This document shows, in pieces, positions 1-14,025 of a DNA stretch of 64,000 bases. The notes under the pieces were generated by a model. The model made no database searches. It was not told the DNA's origin and was given only the letters and a program-made list of their open reading frames with translations. Position numbers and translations under genes: made by a program. Numbering within the stretch: the stretch's first letter is position 1; every line of letters begins with the position of its first letter. Where the stretch lies: the NCBI GenBank assembly GCA_951406725.2, contig OX597823.1:98332001-98396000 (forward strand), in the 5' to 3' direction. This stretch comes from Octopus vulgaris (Eukaryota).

Positions 1-628
1 CTGGTTAGACTTCAATCAAAACTTCTTGAGGTCACTTGACAGATTAGAGGAACAGCCATTAGTTGTATTTTTAGATGGTGTCTGTCTTCTTTAATTCAAA
101 AGTCAAATTTTGTGTTCAGGTAACTTTCAGTCTCAAGGAATATTTGATTCAAATGCCTGCTACTTTTCTATCATAAAACTAGAATTTGTGCTATACAGTA
201 TCCTATATGACAGAGTTAATATTTTCCAACAATAAAATTCTCAAAATGAAATAGTTATCACAGTGTATTTTAAATTTTTTTGGTGTATTTTTGTGTGTGA
301 ATGTGAAAAGAAAACCCATCAGGATATTTAATTCAAATATTTTGTCTATCGTTGTCGTCATCATCCACTTTTCCATGCCCCCATGGGTTGGACAGAATTT
401 GTTTTACAGCTGGTTGCCCTTCCTGTCATCAACTCTCATATGTTATCAAGTAAGTTAATATTTCCCCATGATGGCATGTTTTCACAGAATATTAGACATG
501 AAGGAGACCAGTTGTTTGACAGTGAAACTCATTTGCAACTATCATTCATTTACAACTTTCAAGTCATGGAGATAATAACACACATGCACATACACACACT
601 AATTATATATATATATATATATATATCA

Positions 629-724
629 CCATGACCAACCAGGCTATCAGATGTTGCTACACATCGCTGGTCACAATGCGCTTCGCATTGTTTTAGCCTT
701 CAAATGACGCTACCCTGCTGGCTG
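629..724 (-). mobile_element. Fragment of the tRNA-derived SINE family seen nearly complete at 41147-41446
   Basis: Close match to ~41159-41252; embedded between (TA)n tracts. Confidence 0.7.
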
Positions 725-744
725 TATATATATATATATATAAC

Positions 745-1190
745 AGACCTTTCAGTTTCTGTTTACCAAAGCCACTCACAAGGCTTTGATTTCTCAGGGC
801 TATGCTAGAAGACCCTTGCCTAAGTTTCCATGCAGTGGAACAGAACCTGGAACCATTTGTTTGGGAAGCAAACCTCTTATCTCATGGCCACCACTAGAAA
901 GAAAAAAGCAGGCATGCCTGCATGGTTAAGAAGCTCCCTTTGCCACTGCTTGGTTTCAAGGGTTCAAACCTACTGTGCAGCACCTTGGGTAAATGTTTTC
1001 TGTTAAAGCCCTGAGCTACCAATGCTTTGTGAATGAATTTGTTAAATGGAAACTGTGTGGAAGCCTGGCATGTGTTTGTATTTGTTCCCACCACCACCAT
1101 CACTCAGCAGTGGGTGTTGGTTTGTTTACATCCCTCTAACTTTGTGGTTTGGCCAAAAGAGTCTGATAGAATAAGGAACAGGCTGGAAAA
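745..1190. mobile_element. Two diverged CORE-type tRNA-SINEs head-to-head (745-895 minus, 908-1190 plus)
   Basis: tRNA-like A/B boxes and the CORE-like caccttgggtaaatg segment occur in both orientations. Confidence 0.65.
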
Positions 1191-1933
1191 TAAATTATTA
1201 CATGCTAGGTAATCTTTTTTAGTTCGAGCAATTTCTTTGTGGAAATGTTAACTTTGCCACATGGGACCCTATTCTTGATGTTATAGCTATGGCACACAAG
1301 TAATAGGCCATTGATAAAGTTCTGTTCTAATTCACATCTTCTAGTTGGTGCTTTGTAGCAGGTTTTTTTTATGGTGAATACATAATCAACCTTTTGTTTC
1401 AGTTTGTCAAATATGATTTCTTTCTTTCTTTTTCTTCTTTTCAAACCAGCATTAATAAATGTTTGAATGGATTTCATCACAGTACTGTGATATAGGCATT
1501 ACAGGTGAGTGAGTTGCTAGGCCATCAATAATGGTGTTGTTTACATGACTGTGACAGTTAACACTTTATCGTCCAGTTCACTTCGAAGAAGTGCTGTGGG
1601 GTCATAAGACTGACCATCTTAAGGAAAGGCATCCCTAGTCAATAGATGTAGGTTTCATTAACTTGTGGATTGTTTGCTGAGAGATTGAGAGAGAAATCAC
1701 ATCTAATGATATAACTTACCCTAGATTAATGCTTCTAGATACCTAGATTAATGGTTCTATGACTTATGGGTTATAGGATTCAAGCACTACTTCATGTTGA
1801 TCCATGGATTAAAAAAATAACACAGGCCAACAAAAAAAAATTTTTTCTCTGTTGTCAAAGATTTTGGTTCTGATCTAGTGATTTTTTTTCTTTGATGTAC
1901 TGAATCTGAAAATGAGATCCGTTTATTTTCATC

Positions 1934-2183
1934 ATGACTGGCTTCCGTGCCGGTGGCATGTAAAAAGCACCAACCGTTTGTGGCCGTTACCAGCCTTGCC
2001 TGGCACCAGTGCCGGTGGTACGTAAAAAGCACCCACTGCACTCATGGAGTGGTTGGTGTTAGGAAGGGCATCCAGCTGTAGAAACTCTGCCAGATCAGAC
2101 TGGAACCTGGTGCAGCCTTCTGGCTTCCCAGACCCTGTCGAACCCATGCTAGCATGGAAAACGGACGTTAAATGATGATGATG
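1934..2183 (+). mobile_element. RTE-LINE 3'-end repeat (Meta-domain-like core, (GAT)n tail)
   Basis: Contains ggttggtgttaggaagggcatccagctgtag ... ccatgctagcatggaaaacggacgttaaatgatgatgatg; same family as 37624-38281. Confidence 0.75.
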
Positions 2184-2489
2184 TCAAGGTATTAAGATGC
2201 TGGATCCATAGAATTTCATTGTTTTTTCAATAAAACAACTTGTGGGGAACAATGCATAACATACAAACATAAATAGAAATTGTTTTTTTTTTCAAACCTT
2301 GAATGTTTTCTTAAAATTCTACTGAAAAACTAGTAAAAATTTAAAAATTTCTACAAACAAATTACATCATAGTTTATGCCTGATTTTCCATAAATCTGCA
2401 TTTGAATGATTTTTTTTGAGTGTTGGACCTCAGGAAGATCATGAGCCAAGTTCCAGCAATAGTCTACCATCATCTGCAAGCCCCATCTG

Positions 2490-3063
2490 CTTTGATGCCT
2501 TTGTTCCAAAGGCTGAGCTCCATCGAAGGAAGTTGTGTATATGGTGGGATCACTGCAGTATCATTCATTTTGAGTTTTTAGACCGCAGTCAAACACCAAA
2601 TGCTGACTTATATTCTGCACAGCTGCAACATCTGCTTGAAAATCTTTTAAGAAAATACCCTGCACTCGTCAGTAGGAGAAATATTGTGCTTCTCCACAAT
2701 AACACAAGACCACATTCAGCAAGAATCAAGCCGGATAAAATATTGGATCTGGGCTGGTCTGTTCTACCCCATCCACCATATTAACCAGACATTACATCAA
2801 GTGATTTCCATCTTTTTCACTCTCTACAAAATGCTCTGATGAAGAAAGAATTTCCCTAAGAAGGTCAGGTGAAAATGTATGTGAAAATGTATGTTGAAGC
2901 CAGGTGAATTTTACTTGAGAGAAATCAAAAAGTTACATGATAAATGGTAAGAGGTCATTCAAAACAATGACAAATATAATAATTGAAAATAATTCTTTAT
3001 AAAATTCTTTCATGAGTAAAAGTGTTTCACAAAATTGGAAATTGTTTAAGACTCAACCTAATA
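2490..3063 (+). mobile_element. Mariner (Tc1/mariner) transposase remnant, C-terminal half, with right TIR
   Basis: LCIWWD...IIHFEFL...NADLY..QL...LLHNNTRPH...LGWSVLPHPPY*PD..SDFHLF (decayed YSPDLAP motif). Ends caacctaata, a typical mariner TIR end. Confidence 0.85.
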
Positions 3064-4029
3064 TATAAATGTGTGTGTGTGTGTGTGTGTTGAGCATGGG
3101 CAGAAACAAGCCACATGAGACATGGCTTATCATCATGTGGTATGCACTAATAATAAAAAAATTGAAGTAGAGTTCTAGGGAGGCCTGCCATTCAGAATGT
3201 CCCCACAGGCTGATGTGTAAACATATATTCTTATTGGCTGGGACTTCAAATCTTACCTGAAAGGTGATTCAACCAGTAAAGAAAATTATCTTGATGTTGA
3301 TGTAAGAAAGCTTCACTGATGGAAGTAGATGCCGAAATACTAAATTACAGTTGTAGTTAAAAATCTGAATAACAGTTTTTATTGGTTGCAAAAATTTGAT
3401 AAGTGAATTTGTGTGTGTGTATGTACTATAACTATGATTGCTATACTGCGTGGCCTTATTTAACTCTGTATACACACTTTCCAATCAAATCATACTTAAA
3501 TATAGTGGCAAATGTGTTTAATTAATTATTACTTAAATTATCAACATATTATCATGTATAATCCAGGTGAGTGCACTATATACCTCTATTTAATTTATTA
3601 AAGTACAGAGCTGTAAATGTTTTGTATAAATCTATATATTGACATATATGTTATACTATATCAATACTCAAGGTTGCCTGTTGGTAAATTAATTAACATT
3701 AATTAAATACACCTGCCAACATATTTAACTATGTGTCAATTTGAAAACATGTATACTATGTATAGATATTTAAAATGAGGCCATGAAAAATTTACATAAT
3801 ATAAATAGCATAGTATAAATATAGATGTGTGTATGAAGACACACACACACTAAAAAAATAAAAAATAGATGCACATGCATACATGACGCTAATACTTGCA
3901 GATATATACATCCACACGCACACACACATATGTAGTTTCTGTCAACACATTTTTCATTTACAAGGCTTGTGTTGACGTGAGGACTTACATTATTATTGTT
4001 CTTATGTTCAGATCATTACACATGATTGA

Positions 4030-4900
4030 AAATTTTGTATGCATTTTGCTTTCAATTTAGTTTCTTTAAAATAATGTCTTGGAGTGTAGCTGTGGGAGTG
4101 CTCAGTGTTTATGGTGACTGTTTTACAAATATTGTTGACAACAATCTGAAGGTTGTTTGCCACCCTATGAACATTCCAGCACCCAGTTCTGAATAATGGT
4201 CTTTTGCTCTTTCTGTTGACGTTGTTGTGTAGTGTGTTTATGACTGTTCACTTATCAGGAAGTGTCCTATTTTCCCACCACGACACTCAAACACTCAGTA
4301 AAGCAAGTGAACAGTGTCAGGACACCACCTTACTGGCTGAACACCGTTTGGTTTGAAGTCATCAGTGTATGGTAATGAAGATAGTTAATAACCTCTCCCA
4401 CCATCAGCAACAACTCCAAATGTTTGTAACTGGTAACTGTTGTTCTCAAAGTATTTGTAAGTGAAATTTTCTCTCTGGGGAATGAACTTGGGCAAAAATC
4501 TAGAGAATTTGGGTTACCCAAATGTTAGAATTTCCATTATGGCTTTCTTGATAATATCTAAAGGAAAGGTAGAACCAGTGTGTTTGGTATCGGGTTGACT
4601 GCAGTAACTACTTGAGCAATGTCACTATTTCACCCAGAGCTGGGAGTTTGCTGATGGATGTTTTCACACATTGGTGGGTTCACATGCTGTATCTTATATC
4701 TGAGTCCTTTATAAGTATGGCCTAGATCGAAAGGAGCTCACTCACCATGTGTTACCACAAGAGATTATTATCTGAAGCTTGTAACTAGAAAGTCTGTATT
4801 GACAATGAAAAACTCATTCAACTGCTAGCCACCAGTAAAAAGCTGAAAGCAGGAAAGTGACCAGCTTACAGCTTACCCTGCTAATCTACCAGATACATCA
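4030..4900 (-). mobile_element. Probable highly decayed 5' region of an RTE/BovB-like LINE
   Basis: Minus strand reads RTGCWNV near 4170-4190, resembling the APE N-terminal GxWNV motif. The rest is degenerate. Confidence 0.35.
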
Positions 4901-6464
4901 CAACAACCACTTTGATACACTACTTTGTTTGTGTATGTGAGTGTGTGTGTGTGTGATCATTATCATCATCATCATTTGAGTGTCTGTGTTCCATGCTGGC
5001 ATGGGCTGGACAGTTTGACAGGATTTGATGGGGGTCAAGGACTGCTTTATGCTCCAGTTTCTACACCTGGAAGACCTTCCTAACACTAACCACAGTGCAG
5101 TATGTACTGGGTGCTTTTTTGGGGGCGGGGGGGGGGGGACCAGCACTAGTGAGGTCACCATGCAGCTTGCAAGACTATGAGCCCTGGAGAGGCTTTATTC
5201 TAGGAGATGGTGGGTATGAGAGAAGGGTCTGGAGCAGATCCAGTCTCTTACTGTGGAGGAGTTCCATGACTATTCACATTTAGAAGAGAGGGTGGGAGTG
5301 ATCAATTGGAGTTGGAAAGAGCTGAAATGGTGGTGATAAGATGTCAAAGCATGAGGTGAGTAGAAGGGAGTGAGGACAAAGGAAGCAGGAGTGGGAGGGT
5401 GCAAGTGTGTGTGAGGGAGTGAAAGATGGGGGAATAGGTGAGAGGAGGGATGGTAAGTAACTATGGTAAAGATTAGGTTGGGGGTGAAGACTGTCACACC
5501 AAGTCTCTCTGTTTACTTATCTCTTTTTCTTTTTTTTAGGAACGTTATCTATTGTTTACTTTTAAAATGTCAGTGTCATTAAAAAAAAACACACATTATT
5601 TTGATTGTGGTAATTAAAAGAAAAATATATTTTTGTTTTGATTTGGCAGAAAATATTTCAACTTAACTTTTTGTTTGATCTGTCAGTGTGTATGAAGATA
5701 CTTTAACAATATTCTTGTAGCTTCATTTATCAAACCTTTAGATTGCTTATCTGATCATACAAGATCCAATTAAACAAATTTCTATGGATTTTAGCAAGAT
5801 AAATTTCTGTTCTCATTTATGGAAAAAAAAAGTGCTATTTTATTACTTTTTTAGACATTTTTACTTTTATATCTCAGCTGAACATTTCAGTAATTTTTTT
5901 TGTTTTTTTGTTTTGTATATTGAACCTTTGATAAAAATTGGTTTTTCGATAGTCAGTGTTTGTCTGGTAATTGACTTTCCTGTTTTATTGTTTAAATCTC
6001 ATCTGCTGTTTTGGCTTCTCTTGTTCAGAATTGCCTTTCAGTGAGCTAAAAGGAGTCTGTTGTGTAACTTGATAAAATATCAACTTCTAATGCCTCCTTT
6101 CACTTCACTAGCTAAAAAAAGAAAACAGCTTGAAAATATCAAATCACATCACACTACCATCTCTATCATCAATACTATAATTTACAACAATACTCAAAGA
6201 TATCTGAATTTCGAACTGTTTTGAGAGGGTTGGCTCTAATATCACCCATTGTTTTAATCTTTTGTTAAAATATTGAATATCAGAATTGAGGTTGCTGTCT
6301 TAGGTGAACAGTGCAGTTTTCATTTCTGCTAGAGTGAACTGGAGAGATGATGTCACATTTAACTCCAAACTTGACATTTATCTCTAATGTCATCACATTT
6401 TACGACTGCTGAATATTGGTACAATTGAGCTAATTTCCATTCAAATGGTTTTTACCCATCTCAC

Positions 6465-6504
<40 letters not shown>

Positions 6505-6592
6505 CACAAATATGTGCGTGTGACACACTTCTCTTAATTCTTCTCTTTTCAGGAAAAATATTTTAAATGTACAGTATTTGTGTTTTTATTAA

Positions 6593-6635
<43 letters not shown>

Positions 6636-7327
6636 ATCATCATTATTATTATTAATATTGTTGTAAAGATTTCCTGTGTCTAAACCGAATAGAAGTTCTG
6701 TCTTGCTTTTGACCCTGGGAATATTTAAATCACTGGCTAAAATCACACATTTAATGTTGGTTTCAATGTATGATATTAGCTTTATTTGAAATACATCCAC
6801 CCACAAAATAGCTCTTTCAAATCCTGTTGTAAATATCCACAGGATGCACTTCCTAACAGTGATAACAGCAATTATGAAGAAAAACTGAAACAGGGAGAAA
6901 ATTATCAAGTTTTGATTTCGCATTACCATTTTCATTTTTAAACAAGGCAAAAAAGATTGTATGTGTTAGATTTTTGTCAGTTTAATAGAGGGGGCATCTG
7001 ATGATAAACAGGCAATTTTCTCTTTTAAAATGGAAGTTATCCAGTAGCTAAAGTATTTTCAGAGGAGATGGCCATCACAGAAAGAACATTTAATAGTTTC
7101 TTGTATCTAGCTAAAATCAGAAATTACTGACATTTATGCATTTCCCATGAGTTTTAGTAATGTAAATAAATTGGTAATAACATGGGAATTCAACTAAGAG
7201 GCTGAGAATTTACTACTACAAATCAGTATCATGAGAATTACACCAAAAGTTTATGACAACATATGAATACCTAGCACTTCATTTACAAATAAATTGTATA
7301 TTAGATGTTCATTAACACACAACCAAT

Positions 7328-7366
<39 letters not shown>

Positions 7367-8479
7367 ATATACATAAAATGTATATACATAAAAGAGACCA
7401 AAATTGTGCTAATATATGTGGTCAAGCAAGCAAAGTACACATACATTGTTATGCAGTAATGTCTAAAGAGCATTTTGAAAACCAAATAGAATTTTGTGAA
7501 GATTCAAGTATCAAGACAGTATCAAGTTGTGAAGAGGAATTAATTTATGGATATTGATGATTTAGATAAGACTTATTAAAGTACACTGATGATTTATCAA
7601 GAATCTGTATCATCATCATTGTCATCATTATTATTCTGTATTACCTTTTCCTTACTGCCATGAGTTGGATAGGTGCTCTAAGGAAATATTTTGTTTGTCC
7701 AGATGCCATTCCTATAGCCAACCTTTTTAATCATATGATATGCAAGGATACACTGTACTTATTCTTAAACCAGAATATATGTGGTAAAGAGAGTCCATAT
7801 AACTTGGAGATAATTTTATTATTTAACAGGTGTATAAGGCAAAGCAAAACTCTTATCTGTTTTATTTCAAAATTTGTTGTTGTGAATAGATGTAAGTTTA
7901 TTTCACATGATATTTTTGTTTTTAATTTGTTTCTAAGATGAAGTATCATAACATTGAATAGCATAGGAAGAGTTTAGTATGCTAAAGAGATGAACAAAAT
8001 AAGGACCAGTTTTAAAAAAGAAAAAGTACCAGGAGCAATTGTTTTCTTTTGATTAAATTTTTCAATGCGGTGTCCTAGCATGATCATAGTCCAATAACTG
8101 AAACAAGTATAAGCCGTGTGTGTGTGTGTGTGTTTGTGTGTATGCAGGAAACCTAAAAGCTGGTTATAGCATTTTCAGGTTTCTAGTACCAAATAGCCCA
8201 TGCCATACTTTTTCATTTAGCCATGTCCAACAATTGGTGATTTACTTCTACAATTCTACAAGATTATCAACATGAAACTATTAAGTAACTCTCTTTTTCA
8301 GTTCACGAGACCTTATTAAACCTTATTAATTGGTAAACAAATTGGAGCATTGGAGAGCATGCTATGTGCTGTTTCTCCAATGTACATTGTTGTCCTGTTT
8401 CTGCACCAGACAGCATGTAGTATAGGTGAACACTGGCAGGTGTTCAAGGAGGTGAAAAGCTTTTCAGTGCTCTACCAAC

Positions 8480-9830
8480 ATGCTCAGTTAGCACATAAAG
8501 GCCCAATGCTCGAAAGGTGGTCTTTACGTGCCACCGGCATGGGTGCCAGTTACATGGCACCAGTGTCAGTCATGACTATGATCTCACTCGGCTTCTCAAG
8601 CACAGAATATCGCCAAAGTTCTTGGTCGCTAATCATTGCATCTGTGAAGCTCAAAGTTCAAAGATCATGCTTCATTACTTCATCCCACATCTTCCTGGGT
8701 CTGCCTTTACTACAGGTTCCCTCCACAGTTACAGACCAGCACTTGTTTATACAGCTGTCCTTATAGATACGCATCACATGACCATACCAGTACAGTCATC
8801 TCTCTTATACACCACATCTGATGCCTCTTATGCTTAACCATTCTCTCAAGATGCTTACACTCTGTCGAACATGCACACTGACATTGCGCCTCTAGTGAAG
8901 CATACTGGCTTCATTTATTTCAAGCCTGTGCATGCCCTCAACTGTCACAGCCCATGTTTCACTGCCATGTAGCATAGCTGTTTGCATACAGGCATCATAA
9001 AATCTGCCTTTCACTCTGAGTAAGAGGCCCTTTGTTGCCAGCAGAGGTAAGAGCTCTCTGAACTTCGCATAGCCTAATCTTATTCTCACAGCCATGCTCT
9101 CAGAGCATCCATCTCCACTTCTGACTTGGTCACTTAGGTAATGGAAGCTATCTACTACCTCTAGCTTGACCCCCACCCCTCCAGCAGTTGATGGAGTCTA
9201 TTTTCTGCACATTTTCAGTGTTTATTGTACCTGTGCATCTTCCACATACAAAAGCTAGTTTCCCTGTTAACCTTCCCCTGATATTGCTCACCTTTTATGT
9301 GTCCAAAGCTTACATTGGGTACATCTTATGGAGTTTCTACATATACCTTTTCTACAGATTGAGCAGGGCCATCTGCCTGAAGGGATTTGTGATTTGTCTG
9401 CCTTTATACTTACTAAGACTTTGGTTTTTGCTGGGTTAATTGTAAGGGCCTTCAATTCTAGACCTTAATTCCATACCTGGAACTTCTCTAGTTCTTGTGA
9501 TTCAGCAATAAGAGCAAGGTCATCAGCATAGAGGAGCTCCCAGGGGCAGCATGTTTTAAATTCTTCTGTTATTGCCTGGAGGACTTTGATGAACAAGAGG
9601 GGGCTGGGCACCGATCCTTGGTGAACCCTTGCTTGTACCCTGAATTCTTCGCTGTACTCATTGCCAATCCTCATCTCAATGGTAGCATCCCTGTACATCT
9701 CTTACCAACCACTAGTTTCCACATTGACTAGCAGATAAGGGGTCAGGGGGACCCTGTCAAAGGCTTTCTCCAAGTCAACAAAGGCCAAGTACAGAGGTTT
9801 ATCTTTGGCTATGTATTTCTCTTGCAGTAT
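8480..9830 (-). mobile_element. RTE LINE, 5'-truncated and decayed (RT plus C-terminus plus start of 3' tandem module)
   Basis: LAFVDLEKAFDR, VHQGSVPSPLLF, ELLYADDL, PHD-like insert, LEVVDSFHYL, AMLHGSETWA; has frameshifts and deletions. Confidence 0.9.
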
Positions 9831-10316
9831 TTTCATTAAGTATTTCATTTTTTTCTTTACATAAATTGCAATAATTTGATTAGTGATCTATTTTATCTGT
9901 ATTCTCATTGAAAACTATCTCTCAAAACTTGTCAATATTATTTATATGTTGATTTGATTTAACAATGTCTCTCTTTTTTATTCCAGCCTTTTAATAACCT
10001 CATACATTTCAATATGAACCAGTGGTTTCTTGCCTTAGCCACCAACTTGCCTCAACATCTTTGTGCATTCTTTACTTGAACATATCACTTGTGAAAGAAT
10101 TTTATATTTGGAGATTATTTACATATCCCAGTGCCCAAGGATTACTGTTAAGGGATTCTCATGGATGCTCAACTGCTTTGAATTTTTATGGAACTTTGAC
10201 ATACAATATCGGTTAAATCTCCCTTGAAGGTACTTAACACCAAATTCTTTTTTACATAGAACAAAATAAGAAACCAAAAGGAAAATCCAAGTAATGTCAT
10301 TGCTGAATATTAGATC

Positions 10317-10426
10317 ATGGAATTAAGCTTAAGTGTGGATAATCTTTCTACTGCGGAACAGCACCAGATCTGGGAAGTTCTTCAAAGAGACCAAGCACTT
10401 CAAAACAAACAGTACAGCAAAATCAA
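10317..10426 (+). CDS. First coding exon (SHD1 helix of the Rab-binding domain) of a Slp/Slac2-family Rab27 effector (SYTL4/5- or melanophilin/MyRIP-like)
   Basis: ATG at 10317, with an in-frame TAG at 10311. Translates MELSLSVDNLSTAEQHQIWEVLQRDQALQNKQYSKI, matching the SHD1 pattern L-x3-E-x3-I-x2-V-L-Q-R-D-x2-L. Ends AA|GTAAGT (strong phase-2 donor) and joins exon 53236 in frame (AA+T = Asn). A strong acceptor tctctcttttttattccag ending at 9986 may start this exon. Confidence 0.85.
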
Positions 10427-11982
10427 GTAAGTTTGCCTTTTGTTTTTTTGTGCTTGCGCATGTGTGCGTGCACACACACACACACACACAATCCTTTGAT
10501 CAGATCTTGTTATTTCAAACATATAATTTTCAGTAAAGAGTCAGAGTGAATGCCAGGTAGAAGCAAGACAAACATTATGTGAGTCATATATTTTGATGTC
10601 TTAAGAGGAATATTCTAATAAAATCAAATATCGTCTACCAAAACTAGCTTTGAATCTACTTAATTGTTTTCAAATAATACATCTTGTTAGGTTTCATCAT
10701 TAGATCTGCTTTCAGCGCTTCAATTATGGGAAAGAAAGTATCCTAGAAGATCTATAGTAGTGATCTACAGATATTATTTTCTTAGTAAATGGAATTGATC
10801 TAATCACCATCAGTAAAAATAAAAATATAAAAGATTGTTTAAAATCTGCCATTCCTGCTCTGCCAACATAGATACATGGCTGCAATCCTATTTAAGAAAA
10901 GCAAACCAACAAGAACATTACCTTAGTCTTCAGCCTCCCACAGCAGAAATAATTCCACTATGTATAAAGAAATACATTCCCTCTTGGTTTGGTATTTTCT
11001 AAGACCTGTCTGCTGAAATCTTGTTTCTCTGTAGGGAGAATAACACTTGCACGGATAACTGGACGGAAATGATACTTGTATTAAGTCAATTAGAAATTGT
11101 CATAACTTTGACTCCAGTTCAAATGAAAGAAAAGAAGGAAAGAATATCATATTACAAACAAATTGCTTAGGAATGATATTCTACAGAACACATTTAAAAA
11201 AAATTCTTTACTGGTTTTAGTTACTGGAATATCGAGGCACAACCTCCAAGTGTTTTAGTCAGCCATATTAAACCTTGTACCTATTTCAATGAACTCTGTT
11301 TAGTGAAGTGCTAAGTTATACTTTTGACAAGAGATAAATTTCAGACAAAAGATATGGATGCAGAAATACTCACATGCATATTCAATGGGCTTTCATGTAC
11401 CTTCCATGTATTGAAGTCTACTCACAAAACATTTGTCAGTTAGAGGTTACAGTTGAAAAAAACTTACCCAATATGCCATGGCCCAGTATGCCATGGAATA
11501 GTGTTGGGAAACACTTTTTAGCCACAGGACATGTTTTAGCCTGCACCACATAGATAAGCCTATTTGGGAAAACATTGATGAAAAGTAAGCATTAAAGGTA
11601 CAATAGAGGATACACAGGTTCTTAAATTTATATATTACACCTTTCTGGGATGAGAGTGAGAAGATGGCTATTTCTTCTCAACAATCCTTAAGAAAAGCAT
11701 TGCATTGCATTGAAGACATTAAAATTGTTAAAATATAAGTACCTGAATATAATTCTGTATGTACTTTAGTGTGGATGCAGCATGGCCAATGGTAGGTCGT
11801 CTCCGTATATGGGATGTGGGAGTGAAGCTAAGCAGGCAGTAATAGTGTCTTCATGTACATTATGCTTTTCAGGTTCCCATATGGTTTGTACCAGTGCACA
11901 CTGTACATTTGTTGTTAAAATGCTTGTCAACCTGTTAAGAAGTGGGAGCTTTTTTTTTCTGTCACATCCTGCACATAAAACT

Positions 11983-12367
11983 GTGCCGGTGGCACATAAA
12001 AAGCACCAACCGTTTGTGGCTGTTGCCAGCCTACCCTGGTACCTGTGCAGGTGGCACCTAAAAAGCACCATCCATATGTGGCCGATGCCAGCGCTGCCTT
12101 CACTGGCTTCCATGCCGGTGGCACGTAAAAAACACCAACCGATTGTGGTCATTGCCAGCTCCCTCTGGCCCCTGTGCTGGTGGCACATAAAAAGCACCCA
12201 CTACACTCACGGAGTGGTTGGCATTAGGAAGGGCATCCAGCTGTAGAAACACTGCCAGATCAGATTGGAGCCTGGTGCAGCCTCCTGGTTTCCCAGATCC
12301 CAGTTGAACTGTCCAACCCATGCTAGCATGGAAAGCAGACGTTAAACGATGATGATGATGATGATGA
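11983..12367 (+). mobile_element. RTE 3'-end repeat with several ~60-bp internal tandem modules
   Basis: Repeated gtggcacataaaaagcacca modules, Meta-like core, (GAT)n tail. Confidence 0.75.
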
Positions 12368-13594
12368 ATATACATAATTTCTCATCTCTTAAATATAGAA
12401 TGTAGTATGCAATGAATAAGTAAATAAACCTTCAAGATTGAATATTTATTGGCATGTATATTTTCACAACACAAGTACAATAAGTTATGCTTTGCTGAGG
12501 TCAGAATAATACAAAACTATGTCTAGATTTGTCTCTCCATACTTTTTTTAAAAATGAAAATAACAGGAGTCCTTGATAAATATTAAATTTTTTTTCTTAT
12601 TACTCGTCACATATTTATTTCTTGGTAGATATTGATATATCTTGATAGCAATTCTAAATAATTTCATTCAATGAGGAAAATTACATACAGACAATCAAAT
12701 TAGAAAATGTAGAGTCAGCCTAATTTTAGAAATGAGTTCTCTGAGCAGATATAGTGTTATTTTACTTTTTTTTTAATGTCCTAATTAAGAGGATGAGCCT
12801 CACCAATGTTGTTGGAGACTCTCCAAGATTGCTAAAATTGATTTGGTTAAAAATCTGCTGGGAAAACATAAGCAGAAAATAACTTTTATAGGTTTAGCAT
12901 TCTGGGTTCAGAGAAAAATTTTAAAGCTGGTGCTTATTTCTGATTTCAAGAGGTGAAATCTCTTTCTCCTTTTGAATAGGATGTTAATCTATCACAGGTT
13001 GCATCCCCAACACAGGTTGTATATGTGTGTGTGTATCTTTTACTTGTTTCAGTCATTAGACTGTGGCCATGCTGGGGCATCACCTTGAATTTTTAGTCAA
13101 ATGAATAGACCTCAGTACTTATATTTTCTAAGCCTAGTACTTATTCTATTGCTGTCTTTTGCTGAGCTGTCAAGTTATGGAGACATAAACACATTAACAC
13201 CGGTTGTGAAGCACTGGTGGAGGACGGGGACACACACACACACACACATATAAGTTTCCATCTACCAAATCCTTTGACAAGGCTTTGATATATATCACGA
13301 TCATCATCATTTGAAGGCCACTTTTCATATTGGCATGGGTTGGATAGTTTGACAGGGTCTGGTGAGCACCAAGACCATATCAGACTCTAAAGTCTACTTT
13401 GGCATGATTTCAATGGTTGGATAAAATCTTCAGGTGCTATGCCCACAGGTTTCAGCAGCCATGCCAAATTCTGAGGATTCATTAATTTTCTTGGGAAGAA
13501 TACAGCAGTAGTTTTGTTTTGCTCTACTGAAAGTTTGTTTATTTACAGTTTTCTGTGCCAGCCTTTTGTCCTCCTCAACTTATCCTTGAGAAAT

Positions 13595-14025
13595 TATTCT
13601 TTTATTCTTTTACTTGTTTCCGTCATTTCACTGCTACCATGCTGGAACACCACCTTAAAGGGTTATAGTTAAAGATCTCAACACCAGGACTTATTCTTTA
13701 TAAGCCTTGTACTTATTCTATTGGTCTCTTTTGCTGAACCACTAAGTTACAAGGATATAAACACACCAGCATCAGTTGCCAAGAAATGGTGGGGTGACAA
13801 ACACAGATGCACACACACTTAAATATATACATACATATATATTTGCGTGTGTGTGTGTGTGTATATATATACACACACAACAGGCTTCTTTCAGTTTCCA
13901 TCTACCAAATCCACTCAAGGCTTTGGTCAGCCCAAGCCACTTGCCCAAAGTTTCACCCAGTGGGACTGAACTCAGAACCATGTGGTTGGGAAGCTAGCTT
14001 CTTACCACACAGCCATGCCTGCACC
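13595..14025 (-). mobile_element. Near full-length CORE-type tRNA-SINE (related diverged copies at 13037-13290, 14250-14370, 21610-22040, 44925-45262)
   Basis: Reverse complement matches 41482-41860, including the internal microsatellite and 3' tail. Confidence 0.75.

Noticed and set aside
5520-6560. Good splice acceptors at 5539 and 6552 (possible 5' UTR exons)
   Set aside because: No independent support without transcript data.
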